The notes beneath the pieces are model-generated. The model searched no databases and was not told the origin of the DNA. It worked only from the letters and a program-made list of their open reading frames with translations. Made by a program: the position numbers and the translations under genes. 64,000 bases of DNA. Origin: Eledone cirrhosa (taxonomy: Eukaryota). Where the stretch lies: positions 88,716 through 152,715 of the forward strand of contig CAXHJY010001741.1 of NCBI GenBank assembly GCA_964016885.1. Direction: 5' to 3'. Shown here one piece after another: positions 1 to 15,113 of the stretch; position 1 is the first letter of the stretch, and each line of letters starts with the position of its first letter.

Positions 1-325
1 GTATATATATTTATAAGTATAGAGTGGTAACGAATGTATACTTTCACATATATTCGTTCTTACTATTGTCTAGTGCAGATTATGTTATTATGAAGGGCGG
101 ATTTACTGATTCACAAGAAGATTGTAAGATTGCCGTCTCTTCTGCAACGTAGAACGCGACGTTTCCAATAAAGATTAAGTTTGCTTAATTCCACTTGTTA
201 AAGACAAAGATTGTACGGTGTACAGAGGCCAAATATATGCAAGGCAGATGTAATATTTGATCTAGAATTGACTGATATACAACAGACGCACGCACGAACA
301 TAGACAGGCGCAAACACGCATACAC

Positions 326-860
<535 letters not shown>

Positions 861-1112
861 AAGCTATAATTCAAATGAAAATCAGTGTAGGACAATTGTC
901 AGTGAATTACAAACAGCTTTCAAACAGTATCAGATAACTGTCTAGCTAATCCAATAGAACTTTTGATTGGTCACTCTTCCTATAATGTCCGATCGATACG
1001 GAATAAAGATACACGCTTAACGCCATTATCTTGACCATCACCTTCGATAAAGCAGCAGACTTTATCTTGTATACACCCATTCACAACCATATAGACACAC
1101 ACGTGCACACTC

Positions 1113-2000
<888 letters not shown>

Positions 2001-2160
2001 TAATATAAGTATATATTTTTTCATAATAATATTGTTGTCATCATAATCATCAGCAGCAATAAAATACCAGTAACGCACTGGTGTCGATTTAATCGACATG
2101 CCTCTCCCCCAAATTGCTTGCCTTGTGCCTATATTATAAGCCATTATTATTGGCTCTATA

Positions 2161-2352
2161 TAGGGCGGTGACTTGGCAGTATCGGTAGAGGGTCGGACGC
2201 CATGCTTTGACGTATAGAGTTACGGCCCTTGCCATTCTGAGTTCAAATCTCGTCGAGGTTAACTTTGCCTTTCATCCTTACGAGGTCGATAAAATAAAGT
2301 ACCAGTAATGCACTAGTTAATTGCTGGCCTTATGCCAAAAGTAGAAACAATA
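2161..2352 (+). mobile_element. tRNA-derived SINE, family A (octopus-type)
   Basis: A box TGGCAGTATCGG, B box GAGTTCAAATC, central ctttgcctttcatccttacgaggtcgataaaataaagtaccagt, tail tgctggcctt(a/g)tgccaaaagtagaaacaa. About 25 full or partial copies in the window. Confidence 0.9.
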
Positions 2353-2750
2353 AAGTAATGTTACAATCGATCTAATACTTTAGATAGGGAATCAATAGTA
2401 CAAGTACATCATGTGTATGTTATGGTATGTTATGCATATGCTTTATGCATGTATACACTCGCATATATAATATACACACGCACATTCAAACACATTGACA
2501 CATATATATCTAAATATAAACATACACACATAAATGAATATTAAAGAAATAGCCCCCAAGCTGTGACAGGTACAGTCTATGGAGAAAACAAAAATAAATT
2601 AACGAAAACCGAAATGACATAAAGAGAAAACTCACATCATTAGCTGTCTATACGATATCTTTGTATTTAAAAGTAATGTCAAAAATAACAAAACAAACGG
2701 CAGAGTGGAAGAAATATATTAGTTTAACGCTTGGTGTAGCAGGAAGAGAA

Positions 2751-2786
2751 TCTTAACGTTTCGGGCACTACTACTTCGTCAGAAGA
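2751..2786 (-). ncRNA. Degenerate minimal hammerhead ribozyme motif
   Basis: Minus strand reads tctt-CTGACGA-agtagtagtgccc-GAAA-CG-TT-aaga. Helix I tctt/aaga is intact; helix II pairs poorly. Confidence 0.5.
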
Positions 2787-3259
2787 TAGAGTTAGATATA
2801 GAAAATAAATAGAAAGTAAAGTGTGATGAGAGGGAGGAACGGGAAAAATGAGAAAAAAATTGGGAGGAAAAAAAATCTCACGTGCATATTCAGTCAGCCA
2901 TGTCCACGCTTACGCGGACCTCTCAAATTCGTTTGATTTTCTCATTTGATTTTCATTCTGAAACTGTTGACTTTTATCATATGTTCAAACACACACACAC
3001 ACACACGCACACACACACACACAGAGATGCATACACACACACACAGATGCATACACACACACACACACACACACACACAGATGCATACATACACATATGT
3101 TTGTGTGTGTGAGTTTAAAATATATCGTAGTAGAGGTGTTTGAATTATTCTATATTTCTTCGACTTCAAGCCCTGTTTACAAGTGAATAAATCATGGCTG
3201 GATATTTTATGCATGATGGGATGATGTGAGAGTGATGTATCTATGTTCTACCATTTTGG

Positions 3260-3450
3260 TTGGGCTTTGGCAGTATCAGTAGAGAGTTGGACGCCATGCT
3301 TTGCAGCATAGAGTTACGGCCCTTTATGATCTGAGTTCAAATCCCGCCGAGGCTAACTGTGCCTTTCATCCGTACGCGGTCGATAAAATAAAGTACCAGT
3401 AATGCACTGGGGTAATTGCTGGCCTTGTGCCAAAAGTAGAAATAATTATT
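3260..3450 (+). mobile_element. SINE family A copy
   Basis: Same A box, B box, core and tail as 2161-2352. Confidence 0.88.
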
Positions 3451-3485
3451 TATGCGAGTTTCCAGATTCCTGGTATTTGGCACTG

Positions 3486-3495
3486 TTAGTACAAA

Positions 3496-3538
<43 letters not shown>

Positions 3539-3584
3539 TGTAGTTATAGTTGTAGTAGTAACAGTTGTAGTAATAGTAGCAATC

Positions 3585-3635
<51 letters not shown>

Positions 3636-3695
3636 ACAGTTATAGTAGGTGTAGTAGTAGTAGTAATAACTGCAGTAGTGGTTATAGTAATAGAT

Positions 3696-3741
<46 letters not shown>

Positions 3742-3765
3742 CTGCAGTCGTCGTAATAGTAGATG
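3486..3765. repeat. (GTA)n trinucleotide microsatellite
   Basis: Imperfect gta runs; source of the poly-V/S/Y pseudo-ORFs. Confidence 0.95.
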
Positions 3766-4166
3766 TATGTAGAGAGGGATTGTGGTAATGATTGTCTATG
3801 TGGTATTAGTAGAGTTAGTAGTATTTGACAATTAGTCGACGACGACGTATTACATACGAACAAACAGCATCAACAAAAAATAATCAAAAGTCACATCTTA
3901 TGTTTTTTTTTAGAGTATGATCACACTTGTTAATTTTCACAACGAGGCTCATAAAAATTGTAGTTACATCTACATAAGGTTTTTCCCAGATCTTTTAACG
4001 TATACTATGTTGTGAATAGATATTTATTGTTTAATTAATTACGTATGTCAAACGAATGCACTACATGCAAATTAAGCTGCCAATTCCAATTCAATTCTAA
4101 TTTCTCTTTCACGGAAATTGCGACTGCTATCAATTTTCTCAACAGACATCATCCTAAGATTACATG

Positions 4167-4207
4167 TTTTCTGATGAACGGCCAATAAACTGTGAAACAC
4201 GAAAATA
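4167..4207 (+). ncRNA. Degenerate minimal hammerhead ribozyme motif
   Basis: tttt-CTGATGA-acgg-ccaataaa-ctgt-GAAA-CACG-aa-aata. Helix II acgg/ctgt is present; the UH cleavage site is mutated. Confidence 0.5.
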
Positions 4208-4329
4208 CAATATCTCGTGTTTTTCAGTGTACGAAAAAATAACAAAAATTTATTCACATTTGTTGCCTTTTCACAGCGCAACATGAAAACATTAAATTTA
4301 TTAACTACCTTTATTATTTTTACCCTTAC

Positions 4330-4580
4330 ATGAGTTCAAATCCCGCCGAGGTTAGCTTTGCCTTTCATCCTTACGAGGTTGATGAAATAAAGCACCAGTA
4401 ATGCACTGGATCGATTTAATCGACTTTACCCCCTCTCTCCAAAAAATGTGTTGACCCCTTGTGCCTAAATCTGAAACCATTATTATTAACTTTGTCTTTC
4501 ATCCTTACAGGGTCGATAAAATAAAGTACCAGTAATGTACTGGGTAATTGCTGGCCTTGTGCCAATAGTAGAAACAATTA
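4330..4580 (+). mobile_element. Two 5'-truncated SINE family A copies in tandem
   Basis: B box plus core at 4332-4485; core plus tail at 4488-4580. Confidence 0.8.
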
Positions 4581-4639
4581 TATATTATCCTTACAATGTT
4601 GATCGGTAAATATGTTAAAGTGTCGGTAAATTGCTTCGA

Positions 4640-4815
4640 CAATGTCCTTGGCCCTGGGGCGTCTCATTCACCATCCTCCGGGAAAACACCTTCTCTATTC
4701 TGTCCGACACTGCCATAGGGCGGCCCCCATTTGCTCACAATAGTGTGTGATGGGGAGAGCAGGAGAGACGGAGGTAGTGACAGTGGGAGTTTGGTTCTTT
4801 GGTGTTTGGACCTGG
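4640..4815 (+). mobile_element. CRE-like non-LTR retrotransposon 3' remnant (diverged)
   Basis: Reverse-complement similarity to 5630-5925 (cccccatttgctcac / gtgagcaaatggggg; gacagtgggagtt; tgtccttggccct). Confidence 0.55.
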
Positions 4816-4889
4816 TGTTTATATGTGTATATGGGAAAGAATGAGTATTTGGTAGTAGCTACATTTTTTTCCCTGTATGTCTAGTTTAC

Positions 4890-5465
4890 TGGTGGATTGG
4901 CAGTATCGGTAGAGGGTCGGACGCCATGCTTTGACGCATAGAGTTACGGCCCTTGCCATTCTGAGTTCAAATCTCGCCGAGGTTAACTTTGCCTTTCATC
5001 CTTACGAGGTCGATAAAATAAAGTACCAGAAATGGACTGGGTAATTGCTGGCCTTGTGCCAAAAGTAGAAACAATTATTTGGATTGGCAGTACCGGTAGA
5101 GCGTCGGACGCCATGCTTTGCAACATAGAGTTACGTCCCTTTACGATCTGAGTTCAAATCCTGCCGAGGTTAACTTTGCCTTCCATCCTTACGGGTGTCG
5201 ATAAAATACAGTACGGGTAACACACCAGGATAATTGCTGGCCTTGTGCCAAAAGTATAACAAATTATTATATCCACCCAGCTTCACGGCAACGTGTTATG
5301 GCCCTTTACGTTCTGAGTTCAAATCCTACTGAGGTTAACTTTGCCTTTCATCCTTACGGGGTCGATAAAATAAAGCACCAGTATGCACTGGGGTCGATTT
5401 AATCGACTTTTCCCTCCCCCTCCAAAACATTGCTGGCCTTGTGCTTATAGTAGAAATCATCATTT
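4890..5465 (+). mobile_element. Three head-to-tail SINE family A copies
   Basis: Repeated A box / B box / core / tail at ~4890-5080 and ~5080-5270, plus a 5'-degenerate copy at ~5285-5465. Confidence 0.88.
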
Positions 5466-5599
5466 TATCCATTTTAGAATCATAAAAGGTTTATCTAACT
5501 ATCAACTCGTAACAAAGGGTGTAACTGGCAACGCTACTATTTTTGCAAACTTTTGACAATTTAGCCTTGTTCATGTGGTTAATTATTTTTATATTTCTT

Positions 5600-5925
5600 T
5601 ACTGCACTAGGGCTTGATAAACACAGCCACAAGGGTTTGGTTCGAACGTGGAAGAGCCGAACTCCCACTGTCATCGCCTCCATCTCTCTCACCCTCCCCA
5701 TCTCTCCGTATGGTGAGCAAATGGGGGTCCCGCGTGCTGGACTCCCCACAACCCCAGCGGACAGAGTGCAGTAGGCGTTTCCCCAGAGGATGGTAAGGGA
5801 GATGCGCTGGAAGAGCTATTCCAACTCACGAGTATCACACCTGCGGCTGGCCAGCTCAGCGCCTATGGTGGTGAGTAGGGAGGTAGCCCTAGGGCCAAGG
5901 ACACCAGAAGTCTCCATTGCCGGCT
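5600..5925 (-). mobile_element. CRE-clade (restriction-like endonuclease) retrotransposon C-terminal relic
   Basis: Minus-strand translation PAMETSGVLGPRATSLLTTIG...DTRELE*LFQRISLTILWGNAYCTLS matches the ETxG...LFQRISxxxxRGNA C-terminal signature I recognise from CRE elements; contains an internal stop. Confidence 0.65.
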
Positions 5926-6231
5926 CTTTACTTCCTGAGTTCAAATCCTGCCGAGGTTAATTTTGCCTCTCATCTTCCATGATCGATAAAATAAAGTAGC
6001 AGTTAGTACAGAGGTCGTTATAATCGACTTTCCTCTTCTCTGAAATTGCTGGCCTTGAACAAATATTAGGAAGAATCATTAATTACTATTTTCTCTTCTC
6101 TTCCTTCTTTACTTTCTTTTCCATAAACTTTTTTTTCTCTTTTTGATTTTCTATCTTTATCTTTCAATTTCTTCTTTTCTGTTCTCTCTTTCATTCTGCC
6201 TTTCTTTCTCTCCGTATATATTCTTTTAGAT

Positions 6232-6450
6232 CTAGAGAGAGAGAGAGAGAGAGAATGAGAGAGAGAGAGGGGGAGAGAGAGACAGAGAAATGCATAGAGA
6301 GAGGGCGAATTATTCGAAGAAAGAGATGGAGACATAGAGAGAAAGGGTGACAGAAAAAGAGAGAGAGAGAGTGAGAGAGAGGGAGAGAAAATACATAGAG
6401 ATCGGGAAAAGTATTCGAAGAGAGAGATGGAGACATAGATAGAGAGATAA

Positions 6451-6496
<46 letters not shown>

Positions 6497-6564
6497 AGTG
6501 GGAGAGAGAGAGAAATAAATAGAAAGAGGGAAAATATTTGAAGAAAGAGATGGAGAGATAGAGA

Positions 6565-6640
<76 letters not shown>

Positions 6641-7440
6641 GAGAGAAAGGGTGAGAAAGAGAGAAAATATTGAGAAAGAGAGAAGAAAGAGGTAAACATA
6701 CATAAAGAGAGAAAAAGAGTAATATGTAGAGAGGAAACGAAAATGAAAGCAAGAAGTGGGGGAACACAATGTGTGTGTATGTGTGTATGTGTGTATGTGT
6801 GTATGTGTGTATGTGTGTGTATGTGTGTGTGTATGTGTGCGTGTATATGTGGGTATACATGTATGTGTGTGTGTATATCTGGGGGTGAGTGGGCGTGTAG
6901 ATATGGTGGAAAACTGAGAATAACTGAAATCCCGCACAAACACACATTCACACATACATACACACATACATACACACATACATACACACATACATGCACA
7001 TACGTGCATATACACACACGCACACATACACACATGTGCATACACATACACACATTTATGCACACATACACACATACATGGACAGATGCATACATAAATA
7101 GACGTTCAGGCACACGCATATATACATTTACACACACATCGACATATATGCACACATACTTGCAAACGCACATTTACACACGCATGCTCACATTCCCATT
7201 TACCAACACACACACACACATACATGCATTCACACACCCACACATAAATACACATACATATACTCGCCTACATATTCCTATATACAAACATAAACGCACA
7301 TACACATAAACACACATACATATATTCGCCTAGATATTCCCATATACAAACATAAATGCACATACACATAAACACACATACATATATTCGCCTACACAAA
7401 CACAAACATTCACACATATGAAAACACACACACAAACAAA
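6232..7440. repeat. (GA)n, (GATA)n, (TG)n, (CA)n compound low-complexity tract
   Basis: Visible dinucleotide and tetranucleotide runs; explains the 290-aa pseudo-ORFs. Confidence 0.95.
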
Positions 7441-8439
7441 AGTCTCCCAAATCTCACAGAACCCTTCTAACTGTTTATACATTGATACGGCCATTGTAGA
7501 GATATTTCCCTCCCTCATTAACATCATACTCCTCCCCCTCCTACTTTCTCTTCCTTGTGCTTCTTACTCTACCTTACACTTCTCATACCGCCACCACGTT
7601 CCTTCTATAGAAACTCTGTTTATCAGCAACTCCTTCACTTTTTCTACCTCTTCCTTCGACTTCTCTGCCTTACTCCCTATTACCTCCCAACTCCCCCCCC
7701 ATCACTATTACACTAAGTATTTTTGCTTTATCTTGCAAATTTCGAAAGATATTTCTTCTTTCCAGAGCCTCTTCCCCTACGTACCGCCCCTCCTCCTACT
7801 GCCCCCCCCCCCCTGCTCCTCTTGCCTTTCTATCATTTAAGTGTAGCATGCGCATGCGTATGCGTGTGGGTGTGGGTGTATGCGTGTGTGTACTCGGAAA
7901 CGAGTATATGTAGGTGTGTCTTTATATATTGCCACTCCCAGGCTTCTGCACAGTTTCTGTATACCAAATTTCATTTACAGAGCATTGGACCGAACCCGAA
8001 ACCAAAAGGTTGCAAAGCGAATTACTTAAACACCCAACCATCCTCCGTCTATGTATATTACATTTCTCACGCAACCTTTATCATCTCCCACTCCAACTCC
8101 ACCTTCCTACTAAATCCTCGGCTTACCCTCTTTCTAAACTATCCTTCTCTTCGTCCATTGTTTCTCCGTTTACCTCTCACCCAAATGTTTTCTTCACCTC
8201 TTTCTATTCCCCTTTCCTGATACGATATGTGTTTTATCTTGTAGTGTTTACCTGATAACGTTCCTTTTGTCCCACAACTCAGCAACTTATCTTTCTCATA
8301 GATTTTAATTACAATTAAACCATACTGGATTTGGTATTTTTGCTGTGTGTGTTGCAATTGTAGCTTTTGTAGTTGTTCATGTTGTTGAGGTTCTTAGTTT
8401 GTTGCTATGGTTGTTAATGTTGTTGTAATATATAAATAA

Positions 8440-8554
<115 letters not shown>

Positions 8555-8619
8555 CATATATATATATACATATATTATATATATACATATATTATATATA
8601 TATATATATATATATGTAT

Positions 8620-8924
8620 ATAACGAAGGAAATGTGGTATGAAACCAGATGGACCATAACGCACCAAAGTACTCAATAGTTAGGGTAGCATATATATAAT
8701 GTATGTATATATATAATGTATGTATATATATATAATGTATGTATACATATATAGGAACGAGTAGGACCCCGACGGCTGAGCTCAAGCCGTTTCGACGGCT
8801 AATTCTGGACTCGTCCAGAATTAGCCGTCGAAACGGCTTGAGCTCAGCCGTCGGGGTCCTACTCGTTCCTATATATGTATACATACATTATATATATATA
8901 CATACATTATATATATACATACAT
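8620..8924. repeat. (TA)n-embedded element with a ~112-bp-arm perfect fold-back palindrome
   Basis: Arms 8699-8810 and 8813-8924 around a 2-nt centre (ctggac-tc-gtccag). A second copy of the same family lies at 20320-20503. Confidence 0.9.
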
Positions 8925-8928
8925 ACTA

Positions 8929-8963
<35 letters not shown>

Positions 8964-9039
8964 CATACATATATATATCACCTTGACCGACTAGTCGGGC
9001 GGGCGTTAATCGGCGCTGCTTTAGCCATAAGATAACGCC

Positions 9040-10010
<971 letters not shown>

Positions 10011-10039
10011 TATATATATACATACATTTCTCTATTTTC

Positions 10040-10099
<60 letters not shown>

Positions 10100-11689
10100 T
10101 TATTTATTTATTTATTTATATACCTTGTTATGGAGGTATAGTTACTGTTATGGTCACTGATGTTGTAGTCAGTGTTGTTATAGCTACTGTTGCTGGGCTT
10201 GCTGTAATTGTTGTTGCTGTTATGGTTACTGATCTTGGCATTGTTGCAAATGCGCATGCTCCTATATTTTGCAAATTGTTGTTGTTATTCCTATTGTTGT
10301 CAAAAACATTGCTTACGCTAGATATTGCTGTTGTTGCTATAATTGTTCGTTACAACCGGATCACTTTTGTTCGAGAAGCCTGATTATCAAACGCATTCCA
10401 ACCATGACTAATCCATCGATCTGAAATTATTTTTTCGTAATATATCTGAGTTCAAATCCCGCCGAGGTTAGCTTTGCCTTCCATCATTACGAGGTCGATA
10501 AAATAAAGTACAGTAACACACTGAGTTCGATTTAATTGACTTTCTCCTCTCCTAAAATTTGTTGGCCCTGTGCCTAAATAAAAAAACCCATTATTTTATC
10601 TAATGTGTTCTTTTGTAAGACGGAGTACGATTTGAGTGAAATTTGCCTGTTATTTCTAGCAGATCGGATGATTAGATAGGGACTTACTCGTTGAGTTGTT
10701 ACTGTGCATCATTGCTGTTGTTTGTTTTTTACTGTTTTAGTCAGCGAAAGAAGGCAGCACCATGACACATTTCAGGGTCTGGTGAGAGTGAGCTAATAAT
10801 GTATATTCAAATCAGAAATCTGGCCTACATGTTTACAATGAAGTGGTCCTTCCTGAAAGCAACCAAGATCCATGTGGTGGAGGTGTAAAACCGAGCAACA
10901 GATTAATACTACCACTGAAGTAGGACCACGATGTCATTTGGAGTCGGAACGGAAAATGCCGAAACAAATACCACGAGGCATCTTATCCGATCTCTCTATC
11001 TACGCTTCCAATTCCCCGAAATTGTTGCTATTATGTTAGAGTTTCTTAGTATTCCAGTTATTGCTGATGTTGAAACTGTTGTTATTCCTTTTGATGCTGT
11101 TATTGTTGTTAACGTTGTTGTTACCGTTGTTGTTACCGTTGCTCTTGTTGCTAATGTTACTGTTCCTGCTGATATTACTGCGGCAATCCTTGCTGCTGTT
11201 GTTGTTGTTGTTGTTGTTGTTACTGTTGTCACTAGTGCTGCACCTAGGTATTGTTTCTGCTGCTCTTGGTTTTGTTGTTGCTGTTAGTTTTGCAGCTGCC
11301 GTTACTGCGCTGTGTTGCTACTGCAGTTGTTATCGTTAATGCTGCTGTTGCTTCTGTTGTCGACTGTTATTGTGTTTGTTGTGCTTGTTGTTCCTGTTGC
11401 TATGTTGTAGTTGTTATCTATACATTTATTTATTTATAAACTATAACCTTCACACAGTATTTGACATATCCCACAACAATGGAACGGCATGAATATGTAT
11501 TGTATTTCCCTAATCTTTAACATAATGCAACGCCGTCTATCCAATATCTTTTACTGACAAAGGTAAAGGACACCAGCCTGAGATAGGACACACAGATCAA
11601 AAGACGTGTCTTTCTAGAAACTGAACATTCAATGGTAAATCTAACAACCAGATTGTATGGTATGAACACAACTCGTAGTCCATTATTCT

Positions 11690-11882
11690 AGGAGGTGGAT
11701 TGGCAGTATCAGTAGAGCGTCAGACACCATGCTTTGCAGCATAGAGTTATGGCCCTTTGCACTCTGAGTTCAAATCCCACCGAGGTTAACTTTGCCTTTC
11801 ATACTTAAGGGATCCATAAAATAAAGCACCAGTAATACACTGAGATAATTGCTGGCCTTGTGCGACAAGTAGAAACAATTAT
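11690..11882 (+). mobile_element. SINE family A copy
   Basis: A box, B box, core and tail present. Confidence 0.85.
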
Positions 11883-12343
11883 TCTATCAGTAACTAATGA
11901 ACTGTTTACACTATATACGAATTTATATTTCATTGTTATTTAAAAAAAAAACATTTCTAAGTTTTAAATAATTTTCGCCACAGTTTATAATTTCAGATGC
12001 CAACTGGCAATTCATCAATAAATCTCTTATCGTTCATAGATGTTTGTTCTATTAACGAAATGTTCAAACAAATAGGTTATTCCTATATTGTTCAACATTG
12101 AAACGATCGTATTGAACAACCATAACAAAGAAATATGACACACAAGTACGCACACACACACACGTACACACGCACACACACATACACACACTCACACACA
12201 TACACACACGCGCACACGCATACACACACGCACGTACACACACACACACACACATATATATATACATATATGTAAAAGTTCTATTTAAATTGTTGGGATA
12301 CAACAAAGAAATATTTTTATAACTGATATAAAGCACTCAACAA

Positions 12344-12650
12344 ATACGATATTAACAAATGGAAACTATATTTATAAAACCATATTTATTTCATTATACA
12401 TATTTCAAGGACACCATATATAATTAATAAATAATATATAAATAATATAATTAAAGCTACAACTCCACTATCCGGGAGCTTCCAACAGTAATGGTTGCAT
12501 TCTTTAAGGGTATGTCAATATTTATTTATAAAACTGATCTATATTATATTTTATCTGATGAAAGCACACCATAATTTAACTTGGTGTCCTTGAAATATGT
12601 ATAATGAAATAAATATGGTTTTATAAATATAGTTTCCATTTGTTAAAATC

Positions 12651-12654
<4 letters not shown>
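12344..12654 (+). mobile_element. HHR-like unit with 73-bp inverted terminal arms
   Basis: 12344-12416 is the reverse complement of 12582-12654 (1 mismatch). Core ttat-CTGATGA-aagcacacca-(10 nt)-tggtgtcctt-GAAA-TATG-TA at 12551-12604. Related copy on the minus strand at 45138-45250. Confidence 0.7.
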
Positions 12655-12704
<50 letters not shown>

Positions 12705-12742
12705 TAGCGAGGTTTTTTATATGAAATCGTGTGTCGAAACAG

Positions 12743-13180
12743 ATATTGTTATACTTGGGGAGGGTCATATTTGCGTAATATTGCCAGACACACACAACAC
12801 TATACACACACGCAAACGCATGCGCAAAGAAGACAAAATAAAATAAACAAACAAGCAAATAAATAAATAAATAAATATATAGACAGACTGAATAAAAAAT
12901 GGCGTAGACATACAACACAACAGGAGGAAAAAATATAACACCACTGACGATGTTGCAGATGTGCAACGAAAGATTTATGTAAATTATGTAAACTATATAT
13001 ATGTGTTTGTGTCTATATTGTATCTGTATTATTTTTGACCGTCGGTCAGGCAAGGCAACATTGAGGACCGAGTAAGTTAGATCGCAGATATAAAAGACAG
13101 CGAGAAGCGAAAACCAACCAAACAGTGTGTTCTGTTATTAATTCTGGCAATATTACGCAAATATGACCCTCCCCAAGTAT

Positions 13181-13188
<8 letters not shown>
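12743..13188 (+). mobile_element. HHR-containing unit bounded by 46-bp perfect inverted repeats
   Basis: atattgttatacttggggagggtcatatttgcgtaatattgccaga (12743-12788) is inverted at 13143-13188; internal HHR at 12941-12980; (TA)n follows directly on the right and lies ~40 bp away on the left. Confidence 0.8.
12941..12980 (+). ncRNA. Minimal type-I hammerhead ribozyme motif
   Basis: cca-CTGACGA-t-gttgca-gatg-tgcaac-GAAA-GATT-TA-tg. Perfect 6-bp helix II; helix I short or eroded. Confidence 0.72.
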
Positions 13189-13250
<62 letters not shown>

Positions 13251-13285
13251 TTGAAAATTGCAAACTTGACTGTCACCACACATTA

Positions 13286-13324
13286 TGAACCTGAAGATTG
13301 CGAAAGCATGAAAGTACTTGTTCA
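13286..13324 (+). ncRNA. Minimal type-I hammerhead ribozyme
   Basis: tgaac-CTGAAGA-t-tgc-gaaa-gca-t-GAAA-GTAC-TT-gttca. Perfect 5-bp helix I, GNRA-capped helix II, palindromic GTAC. Sits in a ~240-bp island between (TA)n runs. Confidence 0.85.
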
Positions 13325-14149
13325 ATTAACACTTAACATTTAATGTTCTATCATACTATTTCCTTATAATACCATTATAAATTTTAAAGGATTGTAAATA
13401 AAACGAGTAAATCAGACAAAGCTGGAATTCCTTTTATTAATATAATCTTCTATACACAATCATACACACCCGTGTATATTTTTCTATCTATATATCTATA
13501 TATATACATATATATGTATATTGCAAAATGGTTCTAAGTCAGTGAAAAGATAAATCCAACGAGAAAATGCGCATCGACATTAAATGCAATCGAGAAAAGT
13601 TTGTATGTATGTGTACATATGTATATATTATGCACAAGTGCATGCGTGTATGTATGTATTATGTATGTATGTAAGTATGTATGCATGTATTTGTGGATAT
13701 AAATAAGTATGCATGTTTTTATGGATTTGTGTATGTATGTATGTATGTATGTAAGCATATATATATATATATATATATATATATGGATATACATATGTAT
13801 ATATCTGAATATGCATGTATGTATATTTGTGTGCTTTCGCGTTTGTGTATGTATGCAAGTATGTTACGTATCCAAATATGTATGTAAATATGTGTGTCTT
13901 CAACTGATGTGTGAATTAAGTAAACTGTTTATGTTTTATTTACATTAACTAACATTTCCGCTGCAAATGAGAAGTTTCCCATGAAAATAAATATTAATTG
14001 TTTTAGAAAAATTAAACAAAAAAAAAAACACATTCTTTCATTTTTCAGACAACATTTTCCGGTTAAAAAGGATCTAGTAACAGCTCTCACATACCTACAT
14101 TTCTTATCTCTAAAGAATCACTTCCTACAGACAATCACACAGGCTAAAG

Positions 14150-14202
<53 letters not shown>

Positions 14203-14282
14203 GTACACACACGTATTTATATATATATGTATATACATATATATATATATATACACACACACATATATATATATATAAATAG

Positions 14283-14401
<119 letters not shown>

Positions 14402-14405
14402 CATA

Positions 14406-14443
<38 letters not shown>

Positions 14444-14462
14444 TATATATATATATATATAA

Positions 14463-14561
14463 AAGGAACGATCGACTTTCGTCAAATCGGACCGAGGGAA
14501 CAATGTTTCCGTTGGTCTTTCCAATTGCTAATACTATCTATCGGTCGCAACTCCAGGTAGA
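14463..14561 (-). mobile_element. 5'-truncated tail of the alternative-tail CORE SINE (family B2)
   Basis: Reverse complement of 63269-63367 and 37310-37402; flanked by (TA)n. Confidence 0.8.
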
Positions 14562-14754
14562 TATATATGAGTGTGTGTGTGTGTATTAGTTTCAGTTCTA
14601 ATTGTCGTTCACAGCGTAGGAGAGCTCTAATACATACAATAGTAAACATCTGTTTGTTTATTTATTCTTGTCCTTGCAAAATAATTATGATATTTGAACA
14701 AAGCATGTACGAAGTTCACTAAGCATGTTCAGAGAAGATTGCATGTGTAAACCA

Positions 14755-14945
14755 ATAATTGTTTCTACTATTGGCACAAGGCCAGCAATACCCAGTACAT
14801 TACTGGTACTTTATTTTATCGACCCCGTAAGGATGAAAGGCAAAGTTAACCTCGGCGGGATTTTAACTGAGAATGTCAAGGGCCGTAACTCTATGCGTCA
14901 AAGCATGGCGTCCGACGCTCTACCGATACTGCCAATTCACCGCCA
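14755..14945 (-). mobile_element. SINE family A copy
   Basis: Reverse complement of the family A consensus. Confidence 0.88.
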
Positions 14946-15113
14946 ATAATATAATATAATAATATAATGTTGGCTATGAGAAACGTACGCTACAAGCTCT
15001 CCGGACCCAAGTTCATGATCTTAGCAATGGCTGCAACAAAACAACTCTCTTAATGCTGTCATCGGTTGATAGCGAAAAGTGGATGAGGTGTCGTGGAATT
15101 TTTTATATTAGTA

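Noticed and set aside
140-200. Minus-strand GAAACGTC as a hammerhead half
   Set aside because: No CTGANGA partner or fold-back support nearby.
2161-2260. tRNA genes
   Set aside because: A and B boxes belong to SINE heads; each continues into the SINE core and tail and gives no intact cloverleaf.
12743-13188. MITE / DNA transposon call from the 46-bp inverted repeats
   Set aside because: The internal hammerhead and (TA)n context fit a Penelope-type inverted end better, though a MITE cannot be fully excluded without other copies.
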